DNA from: a bacterium
GTDB taxonomy: Bacteria > Zixibacteria > MSB-5A5 > GN15 > FEB-12
Direction of reading: 5' to 3'
DNA: 64,000 bases
NCBI GenBank assembly: GCA_043811375.1
Contig: JBDRNJ010000014.1
Span: 67,050 to 131,049, forward strand
The notes beneath the pieces were generated by a model, which saw only the letters and a program-made list of their open reading frames with translations, made no database searches and was not told where the DNA came from. Shown here piece by piece: positions 11,944 to 21,575 of the stretch (position 1 is its first letter; every line of letters begins with the position of its first letter). The position numbers and the translations under genes were made by a program.

Positions 11944-12522
11944 ATGAGTCGTAAGCAGTTGCAGGACATAGACACAGAATTGATTGCCAAAGCCTTAAAC
12001 GGCAGTCAACCGGCTTTCCGGGGATTGGCTGAGCGTCACCGGGCATCGGTATTCCATATTGTTTTCAAAATTGTCCGTGACAATGAGACCGCCCAGGACC
12101 TGGTCCAGGAAACTTTCATGAAAGCCTTTTCCTCCCTGGCCAGCTACCGCCCGGAATATCGCTTTTCAACCTGGCTGTATAAGATTGCCGCCAATTGTTC
12201 AATTGACCACTTGCGCAAAAAAAGGATACAGGCTCTCTCGTTGGATCGACAATTCGACGACAAAAACGGCGGGAGATCACTGGAAGTGGCCGACTATTCC
12301 TACCACCCGGGGCGTGACCTGGAGCGCAAAGAGCAGCGTATCGGCATTGAAGAGGCGATTGCTTCTCTGCCGCCGAAATATCGCGAGGTTATCATCTATC
12401 GACACAAGGACGATAAATCGTATGAGGAGATAGCCGAACTACTTGGTATACCTATCGGCACCGTGAAGGCAAGGATTTTCCGGGCTCGGGAGTTGCTGAA
12501 GAAAAAGCTCAAAGGCCTGTGA
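11944..12522 (+). CDS. ECF sigma-70 factor (RpoE/SigW-like)
   Basis: AQDLVQETF, FSTWLYKIAAN region 2; SYEEIAELLGIPIGTVKARIFRAR region 4. Confidence 0.95.
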   Translation: MSRKQLQDIDTELIAKALNGSQPAFRGLAERHRASVFHIVFKIVRDNETAQDLVQETFMKAFSSLASYRPEYRFSTWLYKIAANCSIDHLRKKRIQALSLDRQFDDKNGGRSLEVADYSYHPGRDLERKEQRIGIEEAIASLPPKYREVIIYRHKDDKSYEEIAELLGIPIGTVKARIFRARELLKKKLKGL

Positions 12523-13490
12523 AAAATTGGGAAGGCAAGACTTTGAGACGGACGCGACGGATCGGAGTGGTCCTGATATGGCTGTGGCTCATCGCCTGCT
12601 GGCCGGCCGGCACCGGTCTGGCCGCCGATAAAGAGTACTCCTTCGACTATCAGCGCTATTCGTTTGAACACAACCAGATCGTAACGATCACCAGACCGGT
12701 GTTGCTGGACCTGCAGGTGGCGCGCGGCAAAGTGAATATCACCGGCTCGGAAAACGGGCGCCTTGTTATCGAGGCCGTCAAACGGGTTTACGCCGCCACT
12801 CCCACCGAAGCGGAAGAAATTGCCAACAATATTGAAATCAAAGTCGACCAATCCGGGCGAACTATCCGGATTCAAACCGGCTATGTGAAGGTTGCCAACC
12901 GTACACCGTCGTTCTGGCGTAAAATCCTGGGTGCCGGAGCTGATTCCTACGGAATCGTTGACTATACCATTCAGGTGCCGGTGGCAACCGATATCCACGT
13001 CATCGGGATGGATCTTGAGATCGACGTCTCCTCCATCGAGGGTGAGATCACAATCGAGAACGAAACCGGCAGCACTCACGGCGAGTTTCTGGTCGGCCCG
13101 GTTACAATCCACCAGGAGACCGGTAACATCAATCTGGACTGGATCGACGGTGACGTCCGGATCAAGTCGACCTCGTGTATCACCGGCATCCACCAGGTGC
13201 GAGGCGCCCTGGACGTGACTACTCACTCGGGAAATGTCAGCGTTAAAACCGAATTGAACAGCCCCCGCGACTATTTTGTGGAAACTGTCAGCGGTTCTAT
13301 TACGTTTCTTGTTCCAGAGATTGCATCGGGGGTCCTGCAAATCGAGACCCGGTCGGGCGCTATGCAAACAGATATGCCGGTCACTATCCGGTCGATCAGC
13401 AACAAGCGCCTGGTAGGCAAGTTTGGTCGTGGCGGCCCCCGGATAACGCTCACCTCGGCCTCAGGTGATGTCAGGGTGGCCCAGTATTAG
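12519..13490 (+). CDS. Exported DUF4097 / putative adhesin-type beta-repeat protein
   Basis: Signal peptide, repeated xTxSGxI-type units, C-terminal ITLTSASGDVRV; GTG overlaps the sigma stop codon. Confidence 0.7.
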   Translation: MKNWEGKTLRRTRRIGVVLIWLWLIACWPAGTGLAADKEYSFDYQRYSFEHNQIVTITRPVLLDLQVARGKVNITGSENGRLVIEAVKRVYAATPTEAEEIANNIEIKVDQSGRTIRIQTGYVKVANRTPSFWRKILGAGADSYGIVDYTIQVPVATDIHVIGMDLEIDVSSIEGEITIENETGSTHGEFLVGPVTIHQETGNINLDWIDGDVRIKSTSCITGIHQVRGALDVTTHSGNVSVKTELNSPRDYFVETVSGSITFLVPEIASGVLQIETRSGAMQTDMPVTIRSISNKRLVGKFGRGGPRITLTSASGDVRVAQY

Positions 13491-13517
13491 CTTGGTGATA
13501 CATACACCGAAAGCAGC

Positions 13518-14792
13518 ATGAGTAAAACCGGTTACATAGGATTAGTAACGGTGGCGGCGACCCTGCTGACGCTGTCGGCGCCGGGCTCGGTACGCGCTCA
13601 GACAACTGAGCCGCCCGTGTCTCAACCATCGGTCGACACCGTATTCGAAGAAATCCAGTTGTCCGAGGAAGGCGTAATCGCGGTTGATACTTCCGGCCGT
13701 GAATGGTATTACAATTTCGAGACAAACACTTTTGTTCAGGGCTCTCTGCCCGATGACCGTCACCCGGATGTCCAGCGCGAGTGGGCCGATTCCCGGATGG
13801 ACGAAACCCCCATAGAAGAACGGTGCACCGAAGAGAAAAAGGTTGAGCCGTTAGACCGTAAGATTACCGTCAGGGAAAATGAATACGTCGATGGCGATAT
13901 CATCGCATGGGACGTGGTAACGGTCAAAGGCTGGGTCAAGGGCAACGTCAAAGCAATAAGGAAACGAGTCCTGGTGACGGAATCAGGACGTGTTGACGGA
14001 GATATCGAAGCTCCCCGAGTGATCATTAAGGACGGGGCGGAGATACGGGGTGAAGTCAGCGAAGTGGGTTCACCGTTGGAGCTGGAAGATATTACGCAGT
14101 CTTTCTCTGCCGACGGTCTGATAATCGTGCTGTCGTTTACACTGGCCCTGTTGTTCTTCGGTTTTCTGACTGTTTCGCTCATGCCACGGCAGATGCGCAA
14201 TATCGACGTCTGTCTTGGCAGTTATAAACTGAAATCATTCTTCCTGGGATTGCTGTTTATGGTGCTGATGCCGGCTCTGATGGCGTTGCTCCTGATTACA
14301 ATCGTCGGAATAATCTTTACACCGCTGGTCCCACTTCTGTACCTGGTCGCTATCGGCATGGGGATAGTGACATTCGGCAATCGACTCGGTCGACAGTTCT
14401 CCACCAGATATCTCGGGCGTGAAAGATCAATGCTTTTGCAGTCGGTGCTGGGTCTCACGCTGCTGATGTCGCTGTGGTTCATTGTGGCGATTTTACTGGG
14501 CGCCGGAGATGATGTCTCTCGGGGATTTGGGATTTTCTTCCTGGTTGTTTCGATCCTGTTGACGTCTTTTCCTGTTCTGGCCGGGGTGGGAGCGGCCGTC
14601 CTGACCCGTTTCGGCTTCCGTGAATGCAAGACCTGGGATAGTCAGGCAGGATACGCGGGGACATCGCAGGCCCCCATGCCGGCACCGCCACCGATCCCGC
14701 ACAGTCCCGAACTGGAACCATCGCCTGACGAAAACCAACCGCCACCCGCAACTCCGCCCTCCTCCCCACGTATACCAGACCAGGAAAACTAA
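13518..14792 (+). CDS. Membrane protein with bactofilin-like beta-helix and multi-TM C-terminus
   Basis: Signal peptide, VDGDI/VKGNV/VDGDI/IRGEV repeats, about five hydrophobic helices, Pro-rich tail. Confidence 0.65.
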   Translation: MSKTGYIGLVTVAATLLTLSAPGSVRAQTTEPPVSQPSVDTVFEEIQLSEEGVIAVDTSGREWYYNFETNTFVQGSLPDDRHPDVQREWADSRMDETPIEERCTEEKKVEPLDRKITVRENEYVDGDIIAWDVVTVKGWVKGNVKAIRKRVLVTESGRVDGDIEAPRVIIKDGAEIRGEVSEVGSPLELEDITQSFSADGLIIVLSFTLALLFFGFLTVSLMPRQMRNIDVCLGSYKLKSFFLGLLFMVLMPALMALLLITIVGIIFTPLVPLLYLVAIGMGIVTFGNRLGRQFSTRYLGRERSMLLQSVLGLTLLMSLWFIVAILLGAGDDVSRGFGIFFLVVSILLTSFPVLAGVGAAVLTRFGFRECKTWDSQAGYAGTSQAPMPAPPPIPHSPELEPSPDENQPPPATPPSSPRIPDQEN

Positions 14793-14819
14793 TCGCCGCC
14801 AAACTCTGGAGGAAGCACG

Positions 14820-15674
14820 ATGATGAGAGTTATCGCTGTATGTCTGTCCCTGGTTGTGATCTCCTGTGGGTTGACCCAGGCTGGTCGGATTGAACAGGAA
14901 TCGCACCAGATCGATGCCGAGGACGCCAAAAAGCTTGACGTGGAGATAGAATTCGGGCTGGGCCAATTGCGCATCAACACTGAAGATATGTCCGAGGCCG
15001 CCACGTTTGACATATCTTATGATCCCAGTCAGGTTGAGTACGACATCGACTATGACGTCAGAAAGGAAATCGGGCAATTGGTCCTGGAGACAACCACCCG
15101 GCGGAAACACCATATCGAGATGGAGGATAACAGCCTCGATATGGTTCTATCCCGTCGTTATCCCGTGTCACTGGAGTTGGACATCGGCGCTTGTGAAGCG
15201 AAAATCGACCTGGGCGGCCTGCCGTTGGAGCACTTTGAGCTTGATGTCGGAGCCGCCTCGGGAGAGATCGACTTCTCACAACCCAACCCCAACCGCCTCA
15301 TCAAAATGAGCATCGATGCCGGCGCTTCTTCGTTGGATATCCGTTCTATCGGCAACGCCAATTTTGACCTGATGACTTTCGACGGCGGCGCCGGATCATT
15401 TGACCTCGACTTCCGTGGCCAATACGAGGGCGAGTCTAAAATCGAAATCGATCTCGGCGTGAGTTCCGCCGACATCACTCTGCCGCATGGCGTGCCGGTC
15501 CATATCGAAACCGGCGGCGAAAGTTGGCTGTCGTCAATTGATATCCATAACCGCGATCTTGATGAAATCGATGACGGTGTCTACGAATCACCGGACTTCA
15601 ATGATGCTCAGACGCGAATAACACTCAACATTGAGGTCGGCCTGGGATCGGTGGATATCTTCTTTAAGAAATAG
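14820..15674 (+). CDS. Exported beta-repeat protein (toast-rack / LiaF-C-like)
   Basis: Signal peptide; repeated L.I..GA....ID units; acidic; ends IEVGLGSVDI. Confidence 0.6.
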   Translation: MMRVIAVCLSLVVISCGLTQAGRIEQESHQIDAEDAKKLDVEIEFGLGQLRINTEDMSEAATFDISYDPSQVEYDIDYDVRKEIGQLVLETTTRRKHHIEMEDNSLDMVLSRRYPVSLELDIGACEAKIDLGGLPLEHFELDVGAASGEIDFSQPNPNRLIKMSIDAGASSLDIRSIGNANFDLMTFDGGAGSFDLDFRGQYEGESKIEIDLGVSSADITLPHGVPVHIETGGESWLSSIDIHNRDLDEIDDGVYESPDFNDAQTRITLNIEVGLGSVDIFFKK

Positions 15675-15729
15675 ACATTCATTTTGTCACGCCGCGAGTC
15701 GGCTTGACTTACTGCAACTGCACAGTCAG

Positions 15730-15801
15730 GTAGGTCGGAATCCCTGTGGTTCCGACAGCTTGGCAGGTCTCTTACGCGCGGTCAGGAATCCTTTCCTGAC
15801 C
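15730..15801. repeat. Cluster of REP-like palindromes (GTAG-headed and related)
   Basis: gtag-gtcggaatccctgtggttccgac (15730-15756), ttggcaggtctctt (also near 30440), ggtcaggaatcctttcctgacc (15780-15801). Confidence 0.65.
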
Positions 15802-16018
15802 GCTCCAAACTGCACAGTGTTTTCCGAACAGACCGATCACTCCGAAACACCTGTGCCGGTCACGCAGTCAAACAAATATCTTGTTGATAATTATTGAGCG
15901 TTGCCATACTCATACAGCCACCGGGTACGACCCTGTGCAAACAATTGGCACAAGGCGTTTCCCGGAGCGCTCGGAATGAGCGATCAGGCAACAACCTTGA
16001 AAGGAGGCAATCAGCTTC

Positions 16019-17389
16019 GTGGGTAGACAGTTCGTACTCCGATGTCTGCTGGTAACGGCGGTATTATCACGACCGGCACTTGCCGGCATCCAGGAAGATG
16101 TATTCACGGCCCGTGACAAGGTGCTGCCGGCGCTGGTGCATATTCAACCGGTTGTAAAAAACTACAACACCGGAGAATTGGAAAAGAGGGCCGTAATCGG
16201 TTCCGGTGTCATTTTCCATGAGGATGGTTACGTGGTCACCAATTTCCATGTGGCCGGCAAGGCGGAACGAATCATCTGCACCCTGTATGATAAGGAACAG
16301 GTGACGGCCGAACTGGTCGGCGGCGATCCGCCTACCGACATTGCCGTCATCAAGCTTGACCTGACCGACTACCGGGGCACGTTCGCGGTGGCCGAGTTCG
16401 GAGATTCCGATTCTCTCCAGGTGGGGCAGTACGTGCTGGCGATGGGTTCGCCGCTGTCGCTGTCGCGCTCGGTGTCGGCCGGTGTGGTATCCACCAAGGA
16501 TCGCTACTTCAATCCCGACGTTCGCCTGCCCAGCGGTGAAAGGACCGGCCGTTACAATCTCTGGATTCAAACCGATGCCGCCATAAATCCCGGCAACTCC
16601 GGCGGACCGCTGGTTGATCTGTCCGGTCGGGTTATCGGTATTAACTCGCGGGCGACACTGATGGCCAACAACCTAGGTTTTGCCATTCCGATCAATGTCG
16701 TCAAGACCGCGGTACAATCCATCCTGACCGAAGGCAAGGTTGTTCGGAGCTGGATCGGACTGCACTGCCAGGCACTGCAGGAGATGGAGGAGTATTTCGG
16801 CGCCAATCGTGATGCCGGTGTGTTGATCTCGTCAATTGATCCCGGCTCACCGGCCGAAGCCGGATTTCTCAAAGCGGGTGACATTATCCTTCAAGTGGAC
16901 GACCGGGCCGTTTCAGCCCGCTTCACGGAGGAAGTTCCGGCATTTTATGACCTGATCGCCCGCTACCAGCCGGGCACGGAGATCAGTCTCAAGGTACAGC
17001 GTGGAGATTCATCGTATACATTCAAGGTAACGACACGGCAGTTGGGTGACCTGCAAGGGAAGGACTTTGAGTGCAGCGAGTGGGGCTGTACGGTTAAGGC
17101 CATCACCCGGCAAATGCAGATCGAGAATAAACTAACAGACTCCAGCGGTGTTTTTGTGACGGGCGTAAAACGCGCCAGTGCTGCTGAGGATGGCGGGCTG
17201 CGCCCCGGCGATGTGATCGTCGATATCAATGATGAGCCGTTGTCGTACCTGGGCGATTTCATCACTCGCTACAACGCGTTGACTTCGTCCGACATCGAAG
17301 GCGTTCTGCTGATGGTAAAGCGTGGCAGCAGCACGCGTTTTGCCTTTCTCAAACTGGACCGCCAGATCGGAGAGCTTGAAAATGAATAA
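16019..17389 (+). CDS. HtrA/DegP family serine protease with two PDZ domains
   Basis: GSGVI, VTNFHV (His), TDIAVIK (Asp), IQTDAAINPGNSGGPL (Ser), two PDZ domains. Confidence 0.95.
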   Translation: MGRQFVLRCLLVTAVLSRPALAGIQEDVFTARDKVLPALVHIQPVVKNYNTGELEKRAVIGSGVIFHEDGYVVTNFHVAGKAERIICTLYDKEQVTAELVGGDPPTDIAVIKLDLTDYRGTFAVAEFGDSDSLQVGQYVLAMGSPLSLSRSVSAGVVSTKDRYFNPDVRLPSGERTGRYNLWIQTDAAINPGNSGGPLVDLSGRVIGINSRATLMANNLGFAIPINVVKTAVQSILTEGKVVRSWIGLHCQALQEMEEYFGANRDAGVLISSIDPGSPAEAGFLKAGDIILQVDDRAVSARFTEEVPAFYDLIARYQPGTEISLKVQRGDSSYTFKVTTRQLGDLQGKDFECSEWGCTVKAITRQMQIENKLTDSSGVFVTGVKRASAAEDGGLRPGDVIVDINDEPLSYLGDFITRYNALTSSDIEGVLLMVKRGSSTRFAFLKLDRQIGELENE

Positions 17390-18836
17390 CAGGCAGTCGC
17401 TTTATCGTTCATTCCCGAGGGGGCGGTTGGTAGTTGTTTTCTTGTGTTGCATCATGGCACCAAACGTCTGTTCCCAGGATTTCGACTTTGACCGACTCCA
17501 GCAGCAGGTGCGTCGTTTCACAGTCATTGTCGACATGAAACTGGAGATCTCATTTGGGATTCATACCAGCGACCAGCAGGTGCGCTACCTGGGCACCGTG
17601 GTATCCACCGATGGCCTGGTGATGTTCAACGGGGTTGATCTCGGCGACAATCAGCTGGCCGGACTGTCACCCGTGACGGTGAAGGTCATCCCGACTCGCA
17701 TTGAGGTCACTACACTTGATGGTGACGAGTACGACGGTGAGTACCTGGGCGTCGATCGTTTCACTGAAATCGGTTTCATCAGGATCACCGGCCGGAATCT
17801 ACCGACCTTCACTCCCGTCGAATTCGACAGCGGGCGTACATTCGGGGTCGGCGAGTGGCTGGCCCTGTTTATGCTGTTGCCTGAATTTGCCACGCCGCCG
17901 CTGGCGGCTGATATCGGTATGATCTCAGCCGTTGTCGAATCACCGGAACTCTTTCCTCTGACGGTCGGTTATAGTCCCCTGCAAACGACTTCGGTTCTGT
18001 TTGCTGAGGACCTTCGGCCGGTGGGAGTGCTGGGAACACTGGCTGATCCATCCCGAGCCAACACCGACGCCGGGGGGATGCTGGAATCGTTCAATCAGTT
18101 CGGCATCCCGATGTTGGGCGTCGTGACCGGCGAGCGACTCGCCAAACTGATTGCCGACCCACCGGTCAAGGGACAGCCGGATCGCGGCTGGCTGGGGGTG
18201 TCGTTGCAGGCGCTCACCGAGGAAATGGCACAGTTCTGGGGACTGGATATCACCGGGGGAATCATCGTCAATGATATAATCACAGGCTCACCGGCGGAAA
18301 GGGCCGGACTGCAGTTAGGCGACATAGTCTACCGGGTAGATGGTAATCAGGTAGTCGTCGACAAAGAGGACAAGCTGCCGTTGTTCCAGCGTCTGATCGC
18401 CGAACTTGGTCCCGGCGTGTCGGTAGAATTGTCGGTGCTGCGACGCAGCGAAACTGCCGTTGATACCCTGACTCTGACGGCTACGCTTCAGGAAGCCCCG
18501 CTGGCCGCATCGGATGCTCCCACTTACGAGGTCGAGGAACTGGAATTCAAAGTGCGCAGCCTGGTTTTTGCCGATTACCTGTTTCACAATCTCCAGCCCA
18601 ACTCTTTCGCCGGGGTAGTCATCTCCGAACTCAAGCAAGGGGGGCCGGCTGACGTCGGTGGCCTGCAGCCGGGAGATATCATTCAGAGCATCGGCAATGT
18701 GCCCACGGCATCCCTGGATGAATTCCAGGCGGCTGCGGAAGCGGTGGTGCTGCAACGACCGCGAGAGGTGATATTTTTCGTCTGGCGTTACAACAAGACT
18801 CTTTTTATCAACGTCAAGACAGACTGGTCGCAGTAA
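17382..18836 (+). CDS. HtrA-like protein with degenerate protease domain and two PDZ domains
   Basis: ATG at 17382 with ggagag RBS, overlapping the upstream stop; RGWLGV and two PDZ domains; triad motifs replaced. Confidence 0.8.
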   Translation: MNNRQSLYRSFPRGRLVVVFLCCIMAPNVCSQDFDFDRLQQQVRRFTVIVDMKLEISFGIHTSDQQVRYLGTVVSTDGLVMFNGVDLGDNQLAGLSPVTVKVIPTRIEVTTLDGDEYDGEYLGVDRFTEIGFIRITGRNLPTFTPVEFDSGRTFGVGEWLALFMLLPEFATPPLAADIGMISAVVESPELFPLTVGYSPLQTTSVLFAEDLRPVGVLGTLADPSRANTDAGGMLESFNQFGIPMLGVVTGERLAKLIADPPVKGQPDRGWLGVSLQALTEEMAQFWGLDITGGIIVNDIITGSPAERAGLQLGDIVYRVDGNQVVVDKEDKLPLFQRLIAELGPGVSVELSVLRRSETAVDTLTLTATLQEAPLAASDAPTYEVEELEFKVRSLVFADYLFHNLQPNSFAGVVISELKQGGPADVGGLQPGDIIQSIGNVPTASLDEFQAAAEAVVLQRPREVIFFVWRYNKTLFINVKTDWSQ

Positions 18837-18905
18837 CGACGGTCCCCGCCGGCATCTCCCGTCTGATCATGTGGGCGGACAATTTCATCGTTGGTTACTA
18901 ATCGA

Positions 18906-19100
18906 TAGGTCCCGACATCTCCCTGGTGGGGTGGGGTCAGACTATTGTCGGGTTTCGCGGCCGCCAAGGGCTCCCTGGGAACACCGACCTACAGGAACTC
19001 GATCAAATACACTCTTGACGCGTGCTTTCAGAGATGACACAGTGGGTGCATCGTTTGTTGTGGAGTTTCAACCCGACCGCCACCCGCCAGCGGTGGGTTG
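18906..19100. repeat. Intergenic REP-like palindrome cluster between convergent genes
   Basis: gtcgggtttc...gaacaccgacctac (18947-18992) resembles 26229-26274; a further hairpin caacccg...gggttg near 19070-19100. Confidence 0.55.
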
Positions 19101-19151
19101 AATGACGGATTCAGCTTCACACCCAAACAGAAAATATTAATGAGAATCACT

Positions 19152-21575
19152 CTAATCGATAGTGATATCAAACGGCATTCGAGCCAGAATGCCGCCCTGC
19201 GCGTCCAGTCCCAAGCCATCCGTGAGCGTCTCTTCGGCATCATCTTTTCCAGAGAACAGACGTACCACCGCACCCAGCAGAGATTGACCGGGCCATACCA
19301 GCCACCGGCGTTTTTCAGGGTAAACGGCCAACCGGTAATCCCGCAGGCCAAGGCGTTCCGCCGTAAACTGAAGGGATTGTTGCAGACCACCCAGTTCATC
19401 CACCAGGCCGTTGGCGACCGCTTCCCGGCCGGTAAAAACTCTTCCGCGCGCCAGTGTCTCTACGGAATCAGAGGACAGACCGCGGCCGTCACCCACCAAT
19501 CGGACAAAATGATCATAGAATGCCTGCAGTTGCGAGCGGTACTTGGCTCTTTCATCGGGTGTAAAAGGTCGCGTCATGGATAGCATTCCGGCATACCGGC
19601 CTCGCGTAAACAACTCCTTGCCGACACCGATTTTTTTATAGAGACCGCTCATATCCGCTTTACCGCCGTAAATACCGATTGATCCGGTGATTGTCCCGGG
19701 ACTGGCAAAGATGTGTGCCCCCGACACGGCAATATAGTAGCCGCCGGATGCGGCCACACCGGACATCGATATCACCATTGGCTTACTCTGAGCCGTTTTA
19801 TGAGCATAGTGATAGATTTCCTCCCCGGCCAGCGCCAGGCCGCCGGGGGAATTGATGCGAAAGATAATACCCTTCACCTGCGGCAGGTCGGTCACCTGTG
19901 AAAAAGACTGCTTCATATCGACCGGAGTCACCCTCTCCCCGGCACCAAACGGGAATCGCCCGCCACCGTCACCGGTGATCTCACCTTCGGCCACCACCAG
20001 TCCCAAAACCGGAGCCGGCGGCCAGCCATCGTTGACAAGAGTATCCTTTACATATCGGCGAAACGAGATTTCAGGCATGGCCGCCAGGAAACTCCGCGAT
20101 ACATCATCTCGATAGCTCAAGCCGTCGGCCAGCCCGTTCTCAACCGCTTGTTTCGAAGTAAACGGACCGTCATCGATCAAACTACGAACCGAGTCAGGCG
20201 CCAGCGATCTGCCTTCGGCAATGGCGCCGACAAACTGGTCATATATATCATCAAGAATTCGGTTGATCTGTCGCCGGTTGGGCTCGGAGGCAACCTGTTG
20301 GGTGTAGAGTTCGGGAGCGGTTTTGTAATCACCAATACGTTCGATTTCCGCCTTGATTCCCAACTTGTCCAGAGTTCCGGCATAAAAAGACAGCTCCGCC
20401 TTCAGACCCACCAGGTTGAGCCGGCTGACCGGAGACAGGAGAATCGTATCAGCGACCGAAGCCACGAAGTAATCGATATTGCCCGGATACGACAGGTGGC
20501 AAACAACCGGTTTGTCGCGACCGGAAAAAAACTTCAGAGCCTGCCTCAGTTCCTGAGCCTGAGCGAAGTCAAGCGCCAGGCTTTTCAGACGCACCACCAT
20601 CCCCGCCACCATCGGATCATCGGCTGCCCGGTATAACGTAGTCAATAGTGAAATTAGCGACATATCGCGGCGACCGAAAAACGGACGGGGAGGATTCTCG
20701 CGAACTCTTCCGGACAGGTCCACCGCCAGTTTTCGCTGCCGGGATGAGATGAGTGAATGTTGTTTCAAGCTGGAAGCACCGGCGTAGACTGTCGTTCGTT
20801 TATGATGCACATCCCGGTCAAATGTGCTCTGTCCGCCAAAAAAGCGCCGGGCAAAATTAAACCTGACACCGACCTGGAAGTTTTCCTCAGTATCTAAAGA
20901 CGCCTCAACGATGAGACCCCGGTATGCTGTCGCCTCGAGGTGATACACATAGTCGGCATGGCTGAGTTTCATTTTTGTCGACAGAAACATGTCGGCGCTC
21001 AGCGTGAACAGTTTCCCCACCGGCCGCCAGGAGATCGAGTAGCGCTGCTCAGCCTCAGTCCGCCGACCATCGACGCGTCCGTGGTTGAGATTGGAGAAAA
21101 CAGCCGCCCAGCGGATTGTGCGGCGTTCTCCGGATACACCGATATTCCAGAAATGACGCTTGTGGTAAATGTCTGGCCCCTGCTGGAAAAAGCGATAGGA
21201 ACCACCGAACTGGAGCTTTTTCCCTAAGGACATGCCGGAAGCAAAGATACACTCACGGTAGTTGCCGCCATCCGCCTGGTGTATGTATCGCCAGGCAACC
21301 GCCAGTTGCTCCCGATTGAGCACGGTACCCCAGCTTCTGAGATCAGTCTCATCGGCGTACTCAGCCATGACCTGGAACCCCGACGCCCGGTAATGACCGA
21401 AAGCAGCCGGATTGACCCAGGCAGCTTCAGCCCCAAAAACAGATGCCGCCGGACGATAATAGAAGACACCCCGGGGAAGCGGTACTCTCTCACCGCTGAC
21501 AGACGACACTGCCAGAGTCACCAGAGCAATGACCGTGGCTCCGAGGGCAACGCACCTGACACGTGCAGCAGTCAT
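19152..21575 (-). CDS. sppA: Signal peptide peptidase SppA (two S49 domains) with N-terminal beta-rich, barrel-like extension
   Basis: RIGDYKTAPE (Lys), RINSPGG, AASGGYY (Ser), TGSIG, GRVFTG. Confidence 0.9.
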   Translation of the reverse strand: MTAARVRCVALGATVIALVTLAVSSVSGERVPLPRGVFYYRPAASVFGAEAAWVNPAAFGHYRASGFQVMAEYADETDLRSWGTVLNREQLAVAWRYIHQADGGNYRECIFASGMSLGKKLQFGGSYRFFQQGPDIYHKRHFWNIGVSGERRTIRWAAVFSNLNHGRVDGRRTEAEQRYSISWRPVGKLFTLSADMFLSTKMKLSHADYVYHLEATAYRGLIVEASLDTEENFQVGVRFNFARRFFGGQSTFDRDVHHKRTTVYAGASSLKQHSLISSRQRKLAVDLSGRVRENPPRPFFGRRDMSLISLLTTLYRAADDPMVAGMVVRLKSLALDFAQAQELRQALKFFSGRDKPVVCHLSYPGNIDYFVASVADTILLSPVSRLNLVGLKAELSFYAGTLDKLGIKAEIERIGDYKTAPELYTQQVASEPNRRQINRILDDIYDQFVGAIAEGRSLAPDSVRSLIDDGPFTSKQAVENGLADGLSYRDDVSRSFLAAMPEISFRRYVKDTLVNDGWPPAPVLGLVVAEGEITGDGGGRFPFGAGERVTPVDMKQSFSQVTDLPQVKGIIFRINSPGGLALAGEEIYHYAHKTAQSKPMVISMSGVAASGGYYIAVSGAHIFASPGTITGSIGIYGGKADMSGLYKKIGVGKELFTRGRYAGMLSMTRPFTPDERAKYRSQLQAFYDHFVRLVGDGRGLSSDSVETLARGRVFTGREAVANGLVDELGGLQQSLQFTAERLGLRDYRLAVYPEKRRWLVWPGQSLLGAVVRLFSGKDDAEETLTDGLGLDAQGGILARMPFDITID

